Source: Deltaproteobacteria bacterium GWC2_42_11 (GTDB lineage Bacteria > Desulfobacterota > GWC2-55-46 > UBA9637 > GWC2-42-11). Taken from it: a DNA stretch of 54,913 nt. The stretch covers positions 21,258 through 76,170 of the forward strand of contig MGPS01000013.1 in NCBI GenBank assembly GCA_001797495.1, written 5' to 3'. Positions 30,956-39,500 of the stretch are shown here, piece by piece (positions within the stretch are counted from its first letter, which is position 1; each line of letters opens with the position of its first letter). A model generated the notes under the pieces. The model ran no database searches and was not told the DNA's origin. It saw only the letters and a program-made list of their open reading frames with translations. The translations under genes and the position numbers were made by a program.

Positions 30956-31789
30956 ATGTATTCTATATATTATTTTTTCAAATCACTTGCTGCAAAAAAA
31001 TACCTTTTAAACAAGGTTAAGAAACTAAGTGAATTTCCATATGATGTTAGATTATTGTCTTGCAGAAACGAAGGTCAATTTCCTGATATGGCAATCAGGG
31101 TCAATAAAACAAAAGAGAGATTTACCGGCGGTGAACTCATTGAACTAAAAGATAGCGATTCCTATACGGTCTCTTCATTTAATTCAACAATACCCACACG
31201 GAAAAAAGAAATATCACAAATAATAACAAGCGACAGCAGTATTATTAAGCAGCAGATGGAAAAGGCTGGGGATGATATTTATTCTCTGCCTGTTAGAAAT
31301 GTATTTTACCTGGTGAGGGGCAGAAAGAAAGGGCATACTAAGGTTTGCCTGGTATATGGAAGTTTCTTTGAGACCATAGGTGTGGATAGTTTAATAAACC
31401 AGTCTTTTTCACAGGTTTTAGAAGAGCGGTTAAAAGAGAGCAAAATGGAAATTTCTGATGATTTAAAAAAATCTCTTCTTTCAATCTTTTCAAAGCAGGA
31501 GAATTTTAGCAAGGTCAGGAATGTTGAAAAGGCATCTGTCAAATTAAGATTCAGGGTTATGACAGAGGTTAAAGCCGAAGGGAATATTTTGAATCCAAAG
31601 AAATACCCGGAAATAAAAGATGATACGCTGAATCTTATTTTGCCGTGCCATTCTGATAAAGATGAAAGTGATATAATTGGTAAAGCAGGGCATGTATTTG
31701 GCAAAAAGGTTTTTGATGAGTTTAAAGTTTTTAAAATCAAGCACCACTTTAATGGATATTTTCTTGTCTTTCAAACTTTGCTATCATAG
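30956..31789 (+). CDS. putative type II restriction endonuclease (PD-ExK), partner of the upstream methyltransferase
   Basis: It starts 8 nt after the M gene. FPDMAI...GGELIELKDS fits the PD...(D/E)xK pattern, and I recognise no other family. The ATG at 30956 is preferred over the track start at 30911. Confidence 0.55.
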   Translation: MYSIYYFFKSLAAKKYLLNKVKKLSEFPYDVRLLSCRNEGQFPDMAIRVNKTKERFTGGELIELKDSDSYTVSSFNSTIPTRKKEISQIITSDSSIIKQQMEKAGDDIYSLPVRNVFYLVRGRKKGHTKVCLVYGSFFETIGVDSLINQSFSQVLEERLKESKMEISDDLKKSLLSIFSKQENFSKVRNVEKASVKLRFRVMTEVKAEGNILNPKKYPEIKDDTLNLILPCHSDKDESDIIGKAGHVFGKKVFDEFKVFKIKHHFNGYFLVFQTLLS

Positions 31790-31804
31790 AAACAATCTAC
31801 TAAG

Positions 31805-31941
31805 AGCTTGTTGAAAAACTCAACAATCTCTGATTACACAGATAAAAAATATAGATTACACAGATTTAACCTATTAAATTATCTGTGTAATCGTTTTTAT
31901 AAATCTGTGTAATCATGGCTGTTGAGGTCTTTTTCAACAGC
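31805..31941. mobile_element. 137 bp MITE (family 3) with the 8 bp target-site duplication CTACTAAG
   Basis: CTACTAAG is found at 31797-31804 and 31942-31949. The terminal inverted repeats are AGCTTGTTGAAAAA / TTTTTCAACAGC. The core has GATTACACAGAT twice directly (22 bp apart), then twice inverted. Confidence 0.8.
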
Positions 31942-32023
31942 CTACTAAGTCGCTATCATTTCTCGCAATGACGGCTTTTTCAACAACCTGTTAAAAGATG
32001 ATGTTTGCGAAAGGAGTTGGTTT

Positions 32024-32794
32024 TTGAAACTTGCACGGTTTTTAAAAAATGGTTTAATCAAATACGGCATTGTTGAAGGTGAAGATATTATTGAAATAGA
32101 AGGTAATATCTTTGGCAGTTTTAAAAAAACATCTATCATCAGTAAACTCAAAGATGTAAAACTCCTTGCACCGTGTGAACCGTCAAAGGTTGTTGCAATA
32201 GGCTTGAATTACAAGGCTCATGCCGCTGAATTCAGCAAACCCTTGCCTGAAGAGCCAATGCTCTTTCTGAAACCGTCTACCGCAGTAATAGGGCATGGTG
32301 ATGAGATTATTTATCCGCATCATATGTCCCATCGCGTTGATTACGAAGGGGAACTTGCAGTTGTTATCCGCAAAAAGGCGCACATGGTAAAAAAGGAGGA
32401 TGCAAAAGACTATATACTCGGCTATACATGCATAAATGATGTGACTGCAAGGGATTTGCAGGGTAAGGATATTCAGTATACACGTGCAAAGGGTTTTGAT
32501 ACATTTGCGCCGATTGGGCCATGGGTAGAAACAGATTTAAACCCTGAAAATGTGCGTATAGAAACATACCTTAACGGAGAGAAGAGACAGGATACATTTA
32601 CAAGTGATATGATATTTGATGTTTATCATTTGCTAAGTTTTGTTTCCTGTGTTATGACACTCTGCCCCGGAGATGTGATTGCAACAGGTACACCATCCGG
32701 TGTGGGAAAGATGAAGCCGGGTGATATTGTTGAAGTAAGGATTGAAGGTATTGGTAGGCTTATAAATAGAGTGAGTTCCTTAAAGGAGGTATGA
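32024..32794 (+). CDS. fumarylacetoacetate hydrolase (FAH) family protein
   Basis: Length and the [11 protein letters not shown]...DVTARDLQ...[11 protein letters not shown] motifs are typical of FAH / 2-keto-4-pentenoate hydratase-like enzymes. Confidence 0.85.
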   Translation: MKLARFLKNGLIKYGIVEGEDIIEIEGNIFGSFKKTSIISKLKDVKLLAPCEPSKVVAIGLNYKAHAAEFSKPLPEEPMLFLKPSTAVIGHGDEIIYPHHMSHRVDYEGELAVVIRKKAHMVKKEDAKDYILGYTCINDVTARDLQGKDIQYTRAKGFDTFAPIGPWVETDLNPENVRIETYLNGEKRQDTFTSDMIFDVYHLLSFVSCVMTLCPGDVIATGTPSGVGKMKPGDIVEVRIEGIGRLINRVSSLKEV

Positions 32795-34032
32795 TTGTGT
32801 CAGAGAGTTATATCCAGAACCTCTTTGCCGAGAGGATAGGAGGGGAGACATTTGGCAAAGAGACAAAGATTTACAAATTTGAAAAGATAAAGAGGGCAAA
32901 GGCTCAGGCGCGCAAGTCGCATCCTAATGTGGAACTCCTTGATTTTGGTGTAGGTGAGCCTGATGAGATGGCACTCCCAATGGTTGTGGAGGCGCTTAAG
33001 ATAGAGTGTGCAAAACCTGAGAACAGGGGTTATGCGGACAACGGAATACAGGAACTCAAGGATGCGGCAGTTAAATATATGGAAAAGGTTTATGGAGTAA
33101 AGGATATTGACCCTTCAAAGGAAGTGATACATTCCATAGGGAGCAAGCCTGCCCTTGCAATGATACCTGCTGCATTCATAAACGAGGGTGATGCTGCGCT
33201 GGTTACTGTCCCCGGTTATCCTGTACTTGCAACGCATACAAGATGGTATGGCGGCAAGGTTGTAACCCTTCCACTTAAGGAAAAGAATAAATTTCTTCCC
33301 GACCTGGGAGGAGTAAATACAAGCGACCTGAAAAAGGCAAAACTCCTTTATATAAACTATCCGAATAATCCTACAGGCGCTGCTGCAACAAAGGAGTTTT
33401 TTAAAGAAGTTGTTGGGTTTGCAAAAAGGAACAACATAGTGGTTGTGCATGATGCGGCATATGCTGCACTCAGTTTTAACTCTAAACCGCTCAGTTTCCT
33501 CTCTGTAACGGGCGCAAAAGATGTGGGTGTTGAAATTCATTCTTTCTCAAAGGCATTTAATATGACAGGATGGAGGCTCGCATTTCTCGCTGGAAATGAA
33601 AGGGTCATAAGTGCATTCGCCAATATCAAGGACAACTGTGATTCAGGGCAGTTTATAGCCATACAGAAGGCAGGCATTTATGCGCTTGATCACCCTGAAA
33701 TGACGGAGAAGATTTCTCAGAAATACAAGAGAAGACTTGAGCAGATGGTTGATGCCCTCAACTCTGTCGGTTTTGATGCGCAAATGCCCAAAGGTTCTTT
33801 TTATCTCTATGTAAGAGCGCCGAAGGGTATAAAAAAGGGTATAAGGTTCAGGAGTGCCGAGGATGTCTCCGAATATCTCATTACAGAGAAACTCATATCA
33901 ACTGTGCCATGGGATGATGTGGGGAACTATTTGAGACTTTCGGCAACCTTTACAGCAAAGAATGAGGAGGAGGAGAGGAGAGTCGTGGGAGAGATGAAAA
34001 AGAGGCTGGAGGAACTTGACCTTGAATTTTAA
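32791..34032 (+). CDS. class I/II PLP aminotransferase, LL-diaminopimelate aminotransferase-like
   Basis: LDFGVGEPD start region, NYPNNPTGA, and [14 protein letters not shown] (PLP Lys). Confidence 0.7.
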   Translation: MIVSESYIQNLFAERIGGETFGKETKIYKFEKIKRAKAQARKSHPNVELLDFGVGEPDEMALPMVVEALKIECAKPENRGYADNGIQELKDAAVKYMEKVYGVKDIDPSKEVIHSIGSKPALAMIPAAFINEGDAALVTVPGYPVLATHTRWYGGKVVTLPLKEKNKFLPDLGGVNTSDLKKAKLLYINYPNNPTGAAATKEFFKEVVGFAKRNNIVVVHDAAYAALSFNSKPLSFLSVTGAKDVGVEIHSFSKAFNMTGWRLAFLAGNERVISAFANIKDNCDSGQFIAIQKAGIYALDHPEMTEKISQKYKRRLEQMVDALNSVGFDAQMPKGSFYLYVRAPKGIKKGIRFRSAEDVSEYLITEKLISTVPWDDVGNYLRLSATFTAKNEEEERRVVGEMKKRLEELDLEF

Positions 34033-34086
34033 AACCGCAAAAAACCAGACCATAGTCTAGAGTCTTGTATCAATAGTCTATATTTT

Positions 34087-34605
34087 ATGCATACTACCTT
34101 TCTCAGTATAGGCTCTAATATAGGTAATGGTGTTGACAATATAAGAAAGGCTCTGGATTTAATTGGCAGGCATGAAAAGATTAAAATAGTAAAAATGTCG
34201 CACCTTTATAAGACTGAACCATGGGGTAATACAGAGCAGGCATGGTTTGTGAATTGCATTGCAAAGGTAGAAACCTCGCTGCCTGTTGAAATATTTTTTG
34301 AACAACTCAAGAAGGTTGAGGCAGGACTCGGAAGAAAGCATGTCCCTGAAAGTCTTAATCAGGGAAAGAATAAAAGGTATGCCCCGCGGCTTATTGATAT
34401 TGATATACTTTTTTTCGGTGATACAATAGTCAACTACGATGCACTGATCATACCACATCCGCTCCTTCACGAAAGGGCGTTTGTCTTGATACCGTTCCTT
34501 GATATAGACCCTTTGTTTGTTCATCCTGTTCTGAATAGGAGTATCAGCGAAATGATTTCAGGTCTTAAGGATAAAAAAAAGGTTTTAAGATTTGAGGATA
34601 CCTGA
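34087..34605 (+). CDS. folK: 2-amino-4-hydroxy-6-hydroxymethyldihydropteridine diphosphokinase
   Basis: FLSIGSNIGN start, YKTEPWG, RLIDIDILFF and IPHPLLHERAFVL. Confidence 0.92.
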   Translation: MHTTFLSIGSNIGNGVDNIRKALDLIGRHEKIKIVKMSHLYKTEPWGNTEQAWFVNCIAKVETSLPVEIFFEQLKKVEAGLGRKHVPESLNQGKNKRYAPRLIDIDILFFGDTIVNYDALIIPHPLLHERAFVLIPFLDIDPLFVHPVLNRSISEMISGLKDKKKVLRFEDT

Positions 34606-34853
34606 TGCGGTTTATAATATACATAGTCCTGATATTACTGGTTTATAATATAGTTAAGATGTATCTTTATCCGGGGAAGGTTGTTTTGAAAAAGAAAAAT
34701 AACGAATCTTCTGCAGATGAGGAAGATATGGTTTTAGACCCGGTATGCAATACCTATTTCCCAAGGGGTTCTGCATTGAGGGTCAGGAATGGTGATGATA
34801 TGCATTACTTCTGCAGCGATGAGTGCAGGCAGAAATACATGAAAAGCCATTAG
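34605..34853 (+). CDS. small membrane-anchored YHS/TRASH-type zinc-finger protein
   Basis: An N-terminal TM helix is followed by DPVCNTYF...HYFCSDECRQKY (YHS pattern). Its start overlaps the folK stop (TGATG). Confidence 0.6.
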   Translation: MRFIIYIVLILLVYNIVKMYLYPGKVVLKKKNNESSADEEDMVLDPVCNTYFPRGSALRVRNGDDMHYFCSDECRQKYMKSH

Positions 34854-34855
34854 CC

Positions 34856-34884
34856 TTGACAATTCTATTCTTTTTTATTAGCAT
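34856..34884 (+). promoter_or_regulatory. putative sigma70 promoter for pilB
   Basis: TTGACA (34856-34861), a 17 nt spacer, then TAGCAT (34879-34884). Confidence 0.35.
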
Positions 34885-34930
34885 CTAAAAGCGGGTAGAA
34901 TAAGTAAATTATTCGCCGGAGAGTGTACAT

Positions 34931-36640
34931 ATGGCTGACAGACTTGGTGACCTTCTTGTAAGGGAGAAGGTAATTACCCCTGAACAAGTAAAAAAGGCTG
35001 TTGAAGAGCAGCGCATAAGCGGCGGCAAACTTGGTGCAATCCTTATCAGGTTCAAATTTATTACGGAAAGCAATTTAACCACCTTCCTGAGCAAACAGTA
35101 TGGAATCCCTGCCATAGATCTTGCAACTTTAGAGATAGACCGCGAAGTTATAAAACTTGTCCCTGAGGATGTGTGCAAGAAATATCAGATACTCCCTGTA
35201 AGCAGGGCAGGTTCTACACTTGTGGTAGCAATGGCTGACCCTTCCAATATATTTGCAATAGATGATATAAAGTTTCTTACAGGTTACACTGTTGATACAG
35301 TCATTGCATCAGAGGCAGCGATTGAGGCTGCTATAGAAAAACAGCATGAGACGCCTCCAGAAGAGATAGAGGAAAAGACAGAGGATTTACTTGCAGGCTT
35401 TGAGGGTGAAGACCTTGAGGTTGTTCAGGATGAAGAGGATATTGATTTAACAGACCTTAAAAAAGGCGCAGAAGATGCCCCGATAATCAAACTGGTCAAC
35501 AAGATACTGACAGACCCTATAAAAATTAAGGCTAGCGATATTCATATAGAGCCTTATGAAAAGTCATTCAGGGTGCGCTACCGCCTTGACGGTGTTCTGA
35601 AGGAGGTCATGAAGCCTCCGATGAAACTCAAGAATGCAATTGTTTCAAGAATAAAGATAATGTCCAATCTTGATATTGCTGAAAGGAGGCTGCCTCAGGA
35701 TGGAAGGATAAAGATGAAACTCGGCGGAGGCAAGGAGATGGATTACAGGGTCTCTGTGCTGCCGACACTTTTTGGCGAAAAGGTATGCATGAGGCTCCTT
35801 GACAAGTCCAACCTCCAACTGGACATGACAAAACTTGGTTTTGATGAAAAGCCTTTAAAGGATTTTTTGGATGCTATTCATAAACCGTGGGGAATGGTTC
35901 TGGTGACGGGTCCTACCGGAAGCGGAAAGACAACAACACTCTATTCAGCGCTTTCAGACTTGAATAAAATTACTGAAAACATATCCACAGCAGAAGACCC
36001 TGTGGAATTCAATCTCATGGGCATAAATCAAGTTCAGATGCATGAGGCGATAGGGCTCAACTTTGCAGCGGCGCTTCGGTCATTTTTAAGGCAGGACCCT
36101 GATATAATAATGGTCGGTGAGATAAGGGATTATGAAACCGCTGAAATAGCAGTCAAGGCAGCGCTAACAGGGCATCTTGTGCTTTCCACACTTCATACAA
36201 ATGATGCGCCATCAACTGTAAATAGACTTTTAAATATGGGTATTGAACCATTCCTTATTGCATCTGCAACAAATCTTATACTTGCGCAGAGGCTTGCCAG
36301 AAAGGTATGCAGTGAATGCAAAGAACCTGTCAAGGTTCCTGTACAGGCACTGGTAGACATAGGTGTGTCCCCTGAAAATGCTGCGACATTCAAATGTATG
36401 AAAGGGAAGGGGTGTCCTACATGCGGCGGGACAGGTTATAAAGGAAGGATTGCTCTTTATGAGGTTATGCCGTTAGGAGAGGCTTTGAAAGAGGCAATAT
36501 TAAGCGGGGCATCAGGTGCAGAATTGAAGAGGGAAGCGATACGGCAGGGTATGAAGTCATTAAGGATGAGCGGTATAACAAAGATAAAGGAAGGTGTTAC
36601 AACAATTGAAGAGGTAGTAAGGGTTACAATGGCGGATTGA
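34931..36640 (+). CDS. pilB: type IV pilus assembly ATPase PilB (GspE family)
   Basis: MshEN-like N-terminal domain, Walker A GPTGSGKTTT, and a tetracysteine CxxC...CxxC. Confidence 0.93.
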   Translation: MADRLGDLLVREKVITPEQVKKAVEEQRISGGKLGAILIRFKFITESNLTTFLSKQYGIPAIDLATLEIDREVIKLVPEDVCKKYQILPVSRAGSTLVVAMADPSNIFAIDDIKFLTGYTVDTVIASEAAIEAAIEKQHETPPEEIEEKTEDLLAGFEGEDLEVVQDEEDIDLTDLKKGAEDAPIIKLVNKILTDPIKIKASDIHIEPYEKSFRVRYRLDGVLKEVMKPPMKLKNAIVSRIKIMSNLDIAERRLPQDGRIKMKLGGGKEMDYRVSVLPTLFGEKVCMRLLDKSNLQLDMTKLGFDEKPLKDFLDAIHKPWGMVLVTGPTGSGKTTTLYSALSDLNKITENISTAEDPVEFNLMGINQVQMHEAIGLNFAAALRSFLRQDPDIIMVGEIRDYETAEIAVKAALTGHLVLSTLHTNDAPSTVNRLLNMGIEPFLIASATNLILAQRLARKVCSECKEPVKVPVQALVDIGVSPENAATFKCMKGKGCPTCGGTGYKGRIALYEVMPLGEALKEAILSGASGAELKREAIRQGMKSLRMSGITKIKEGVTTIEEVVRVTMAD

Positions 36641-36741
36641 AGAACTAGGGATTAGTGGACAGTTGGCAGTGGGCAGTTGTGCCAACTGGTAACTATGCTC
36701 TATGCGACATGGGCAATGGATAAGATAAAACAGGAGAAAAA

Positions 36742-37866
36742 ATGTCTGAAAATCAGCAGCAGGAAAAGAAATTAAATCTTCAGGAACTCTTAAAGATTAT
36801 GATAGATAACGGTGCATCTGACCTGCACATAACCGCAGGCTCGCCGCCGCGGTTCAGGATAAATGGCAAACTGATAAATATGGGTGATATGCCTGTGCTT
36901 ACATCTGCTGATACAAAACAGATGTGCTATAGTATCCTGATAGATGCGCAGAAACATAAATTTGAGGAAGATAACGAACTTGATTTTTCATTCGGTATAA
37001 AGGGCTTAAGCAGGTTCCGCGGTAATCTTTTTATTCAGAGAGGGGCAACCGGTGCTGCGTTCAGGACAATACCGTTCAAGATTAAAACCCTTCAGGAGCT
37101 GGGGCTGCCACAGGCGTTGGAAGAACTTACAAAGAAACCGAGGGGACTTGTCCTTGTGACGGGTCCTACAGGAAGCGGAAAATCATCTACACTTGCTGCA
37201 ATGATAGATAAGATAAATCAGGAAAGGCACGAACATATCATGACTATAGAAGACCCTATTGAGTATATCCATCAGTCAAAGTCAGCGCTTGTGAACCAGA
37301 GGGAGGTAGGCGCTGATACATTTTCATTTAAAAATGCCCTGAAGCATGTATTAAGGCAGGACCCTGATATTGTCCTTCTGGGTGAAATGAGGGATATGGA
37401 GACCATTGAGGTCGCGCTCACTGTTGCAGAGACAGGGCATTTATGTTTTGCAACGCTCCATACAAATTCATGCGTGCAGACAATAAACAGGATAATAGAT
37501 GTATTCCCATCAGGCCAGCAGCCTCAGATAAGGGCACAACTTTCTTTTGTGCTGGAAGGGGTTATATCGCAACTCCTTTTACCGCGTGCAGACGGGAGGG
37601 GGAGGGTTGCTGCATGTGAGATAATGATACCGAACGCTGCCATAAGGAACCTGATAAGAGAAGACAAATTGCATCAGATATATTCGCAGATGCAGGTAGG
37701 ACAGGCTAAATTCGGCATGCAGACAATGAACCAGTCTTTGTTTGCATTATACCAAAGAAGGTTTATTACACTTGAAGAGGCGATTAACAGGAGTTCTGAC
37801 CCTGATGAATTAAGGCAGATGATGACGAATCAGGGCGGTGGAAGACCCGGCGGGATGGGAAGGTAA
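36742..37866 (+). CDS. pilT: twitching motility ATPase PilT
   Basis: ASDLHIT start, GPTGSGKSST, and the AIRNLIRE PilT signature. Confidence 0.93.
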   Translation: MSENQQQEKKLNLQELLKIMIDNGASDLHITAGSPPRFRINGKLINMGDMPVLTSADTKQMCYSILIDAQKHKFEEDNELDFSFGIKGLSRFRGNLFIQRGATGAAFRTIPFKIKTLQELGLPQALEELTKKPRGLVLVTGPTGSGKSSTLAAMIDKINQERHEHIMTIEDPIEYIHQSKSALVNQREVGADTFSFKNALKHVLRQDPDIVLLGEMRDMETIEVALTVAETGHLCFATLHTNSCVQTINRIIDVFPSGQQPQIRAQLSFVLEGVISQLLLPRADGRGRVAACEIMIPNAAIRNLIREDKLHQIYSQMQVGQAKFGMQTMNQSLFALYQRRFITLEEAINRSSDPDELRQMMTNQGGGRPGGMGR

Positions 37867-37891
37867 GAGAAGCGAAGCGAAGGAGGTTACT

Positions 37892-39103
37892 ATGCCAACC
37901 TTTGTATATGTAGGGAAGACACTGAGGGGCGAGGCAAGAAAAGGCGTGATAGATGCAGCAAACCTCGCTGCTGCAAACACTGCACTCCGAAGACAGCAGA
38001 TCGTCCCGGCAACTATTTCAGAAAAGGGGGGAGGGTTCAAATTTCCGGGTCTTGGCGGCAAGGTTTCTACAAAGGAGATAGTAATATTCACGAGACAGTT
38101 TGCAACAATGATAGATGCCGGACTTCCACTTGTTCAGTGTCTTGACATACTTTCCAGTCAGCAGGAGAACAAGACCTTTAAAAAGGCGCTCCTTGCTATA
38201 AAAAACAGTGTAGAAGGCGGCACGACATTCGCTGATGCGCTCAGAAAACACCCAAAAGTATTTGACGACCTGTATGTAAACCTTGTCGCAGCAGGGGAGG
38301 TCGGCGGTATCCTTGATACCATACTTGGCAGGCTTGCAAGTTTTATGGAGAAGTCTGAGAAGATTAAGGGCAAGGTTAAGGGTGCGATGACCTATCCTGC
38401 GATAGTCATGGTTATTGCCGGTATTGTTGTAACAGTCATTTTAATATATGTTGTGCCTGTTTTTACAAGTATGTTTACAGGTTTTGGGGCGCAGCTCCCT
38501 GTACCGACTCAGATGGTTGTAAATTTAAGTGAAGCCTTAAAGAAATACTGGTATATGTTTATAGCAGGTGTTGCAGGTATTATTGCAATTTATAAGCAGA
38601 TACGAAAAAATCCGAAGGGTAAATACATAACTGATAAGATATTTTTAAAACTGCCTCTTTTTGGTCCACTTATCAGAAAAACAGCAGTTGCACGATTTAC
38701 AAGGACACTGGGCACAATGGTATCCAGCGGTGTTCCCATACTTGAGGCATTGGAGATAGTTGCAAAAACAGCAGGCAACAAGGTTATTGAAGAGGCGGTT
38801 ATGAAGACGAGGACTGCACTTAGTCAGGGTAAGACACTTGCAGAGCCGCTTGCTGAAACAAAGGTATTTCCCTCAATGGTTGTACAGATGATAAGCGTAG
38901 GTGAGGCAGCAGGCGCTTTAGACACGATGTTGAACAAGATTGCAGATTTTTATGAAGAAGAGGTTGATACCGCAGTAGAGGCACTGATGTCAGCAATGGA
39001 GCCCATGCTCATGGCATTCCTCGGTGTTGTGATAGGCGGACTTGTTGTTGCTATGTATTTGCCCATATTCAAGATGGGAGAGGCAATCATGGGAGGAGGA
39101 TAA
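37892..39103 (+). CDS. pilC: type IV pilus platform protein PilC (GspF family)
   Basis: Two GspF repeats. MPTFVYVGK start after a GAAGGAGG SD. Confidence 0.92.
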   Translation: MPTFVYVGKTLRGEARKGVIDAANLAAANTALRRQQIVPATISEKGGGFKFPGLGGKVSTKEIVIFTRQFATMIDAGLPLVQCLDILSSQQENKTFKKALLAIKNSVEGGTTFADALRKHPKVFDDLYVNLVAAGEVGGILDTILGRLASFMEKSEKIKGKVKGAMTYPAIVMVIAGIVVTVILIYVVPVFTSMFTGFGAQLPVPTQMVVNLSEALKKYWYMFIAGVAGIIAIYKQIRKNPKGKYITDKIFLKLPLFGPLIRKTAVARFTRTLGTMVSSGVPILEALEIVAKTAGNKVIEEAVMKTRTALSQGKTLAEPLAETKVFPSMVVQMISVGEAAGALDTMLNKIADFYEEEVDTAVEALMSAMEPMLMAFLGVVIGGLVVAMYLPIFKMGEAIMGGG

Positions 39104-39106
39104 TTA

Positions 39107-39230
39107 TACAGAGCGTCATAACTTCGCATACCTGCGTTGCTCCTCGGCTCGTCGTTGCGGCGTATGCTTAAAATACGCCTCACTCCTCGCCTTCGTTGCG
39201 CCTTGGTCTGCTTTGTTCTGACGCTCTGTA
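39107..39230. repeat. 124 bp palindromic element downstream of pilC
   Basis: Perfect 12 bp termini TACAGAGCGTCA / TGACGCTCTGTA and a central GGCGTAT/ATACGCC hairpin. Its architecture resembles the hslV-hslU element. Confidence 0.65.
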
Positions 39231-39307
39231 TGCTGATTTACTTGTGACGCTGTGTATAGAAAATTCAAAATACAAATTGTGAATTTAAAAATTTAAAACC
39301 TATTCCT

Positions 39308-39440
39308 GATGAGTTCGTAAAAAGTCTGAAAACACATATATTTGTCATTCCCGTGAAAACGGGAATCCAGTCTTTTCAAGTAGTTGCACCAGCTCTGGAT
39401 ACCCGCCTTCGCGGGTATGACGACTTTTTACGAGTGCATC
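39308..39440. mobile_element. 133 bp MITE (family 2) flanked by the 6 bp duplication ATTCCT
   Basis: ATTCCT is found at 39302-39307 and 39441-39446. The terminal inverted repeats are GATGAGTTCGTAAAAAGTC / GACTTTTTACGAGTGCATC. Internal hairpins are GTCATTCCCG..CGGGAAT and ATACCCGCCTTCGCGGGTAT. Confidence 0.8.
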
Positions 39441-39500
39441 ATTCCTGATAGGTTCAGGAATTTCCAATCTTCAATTTCCAATTTTTACCTCGCTTTTTAT

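Noticed and set aside
31832-31914. Repeated 12-mers considered as a CRISPR-like array
   Set aside because: There are only four copies of 12 bp, half of them inverted, with 10-15 bp spacers, all bounded by terminal inverted repeats and a target duplication. This is a MITE core, not a CRISPR array.
39384-39500. N-terminal extension of PilS (MHQLWIPAFAGMTTF...)
   Set aside because: This stretch is the right arm of the family 2 MITE. The ATG at 39501 gives a normal kinase N-terminus.
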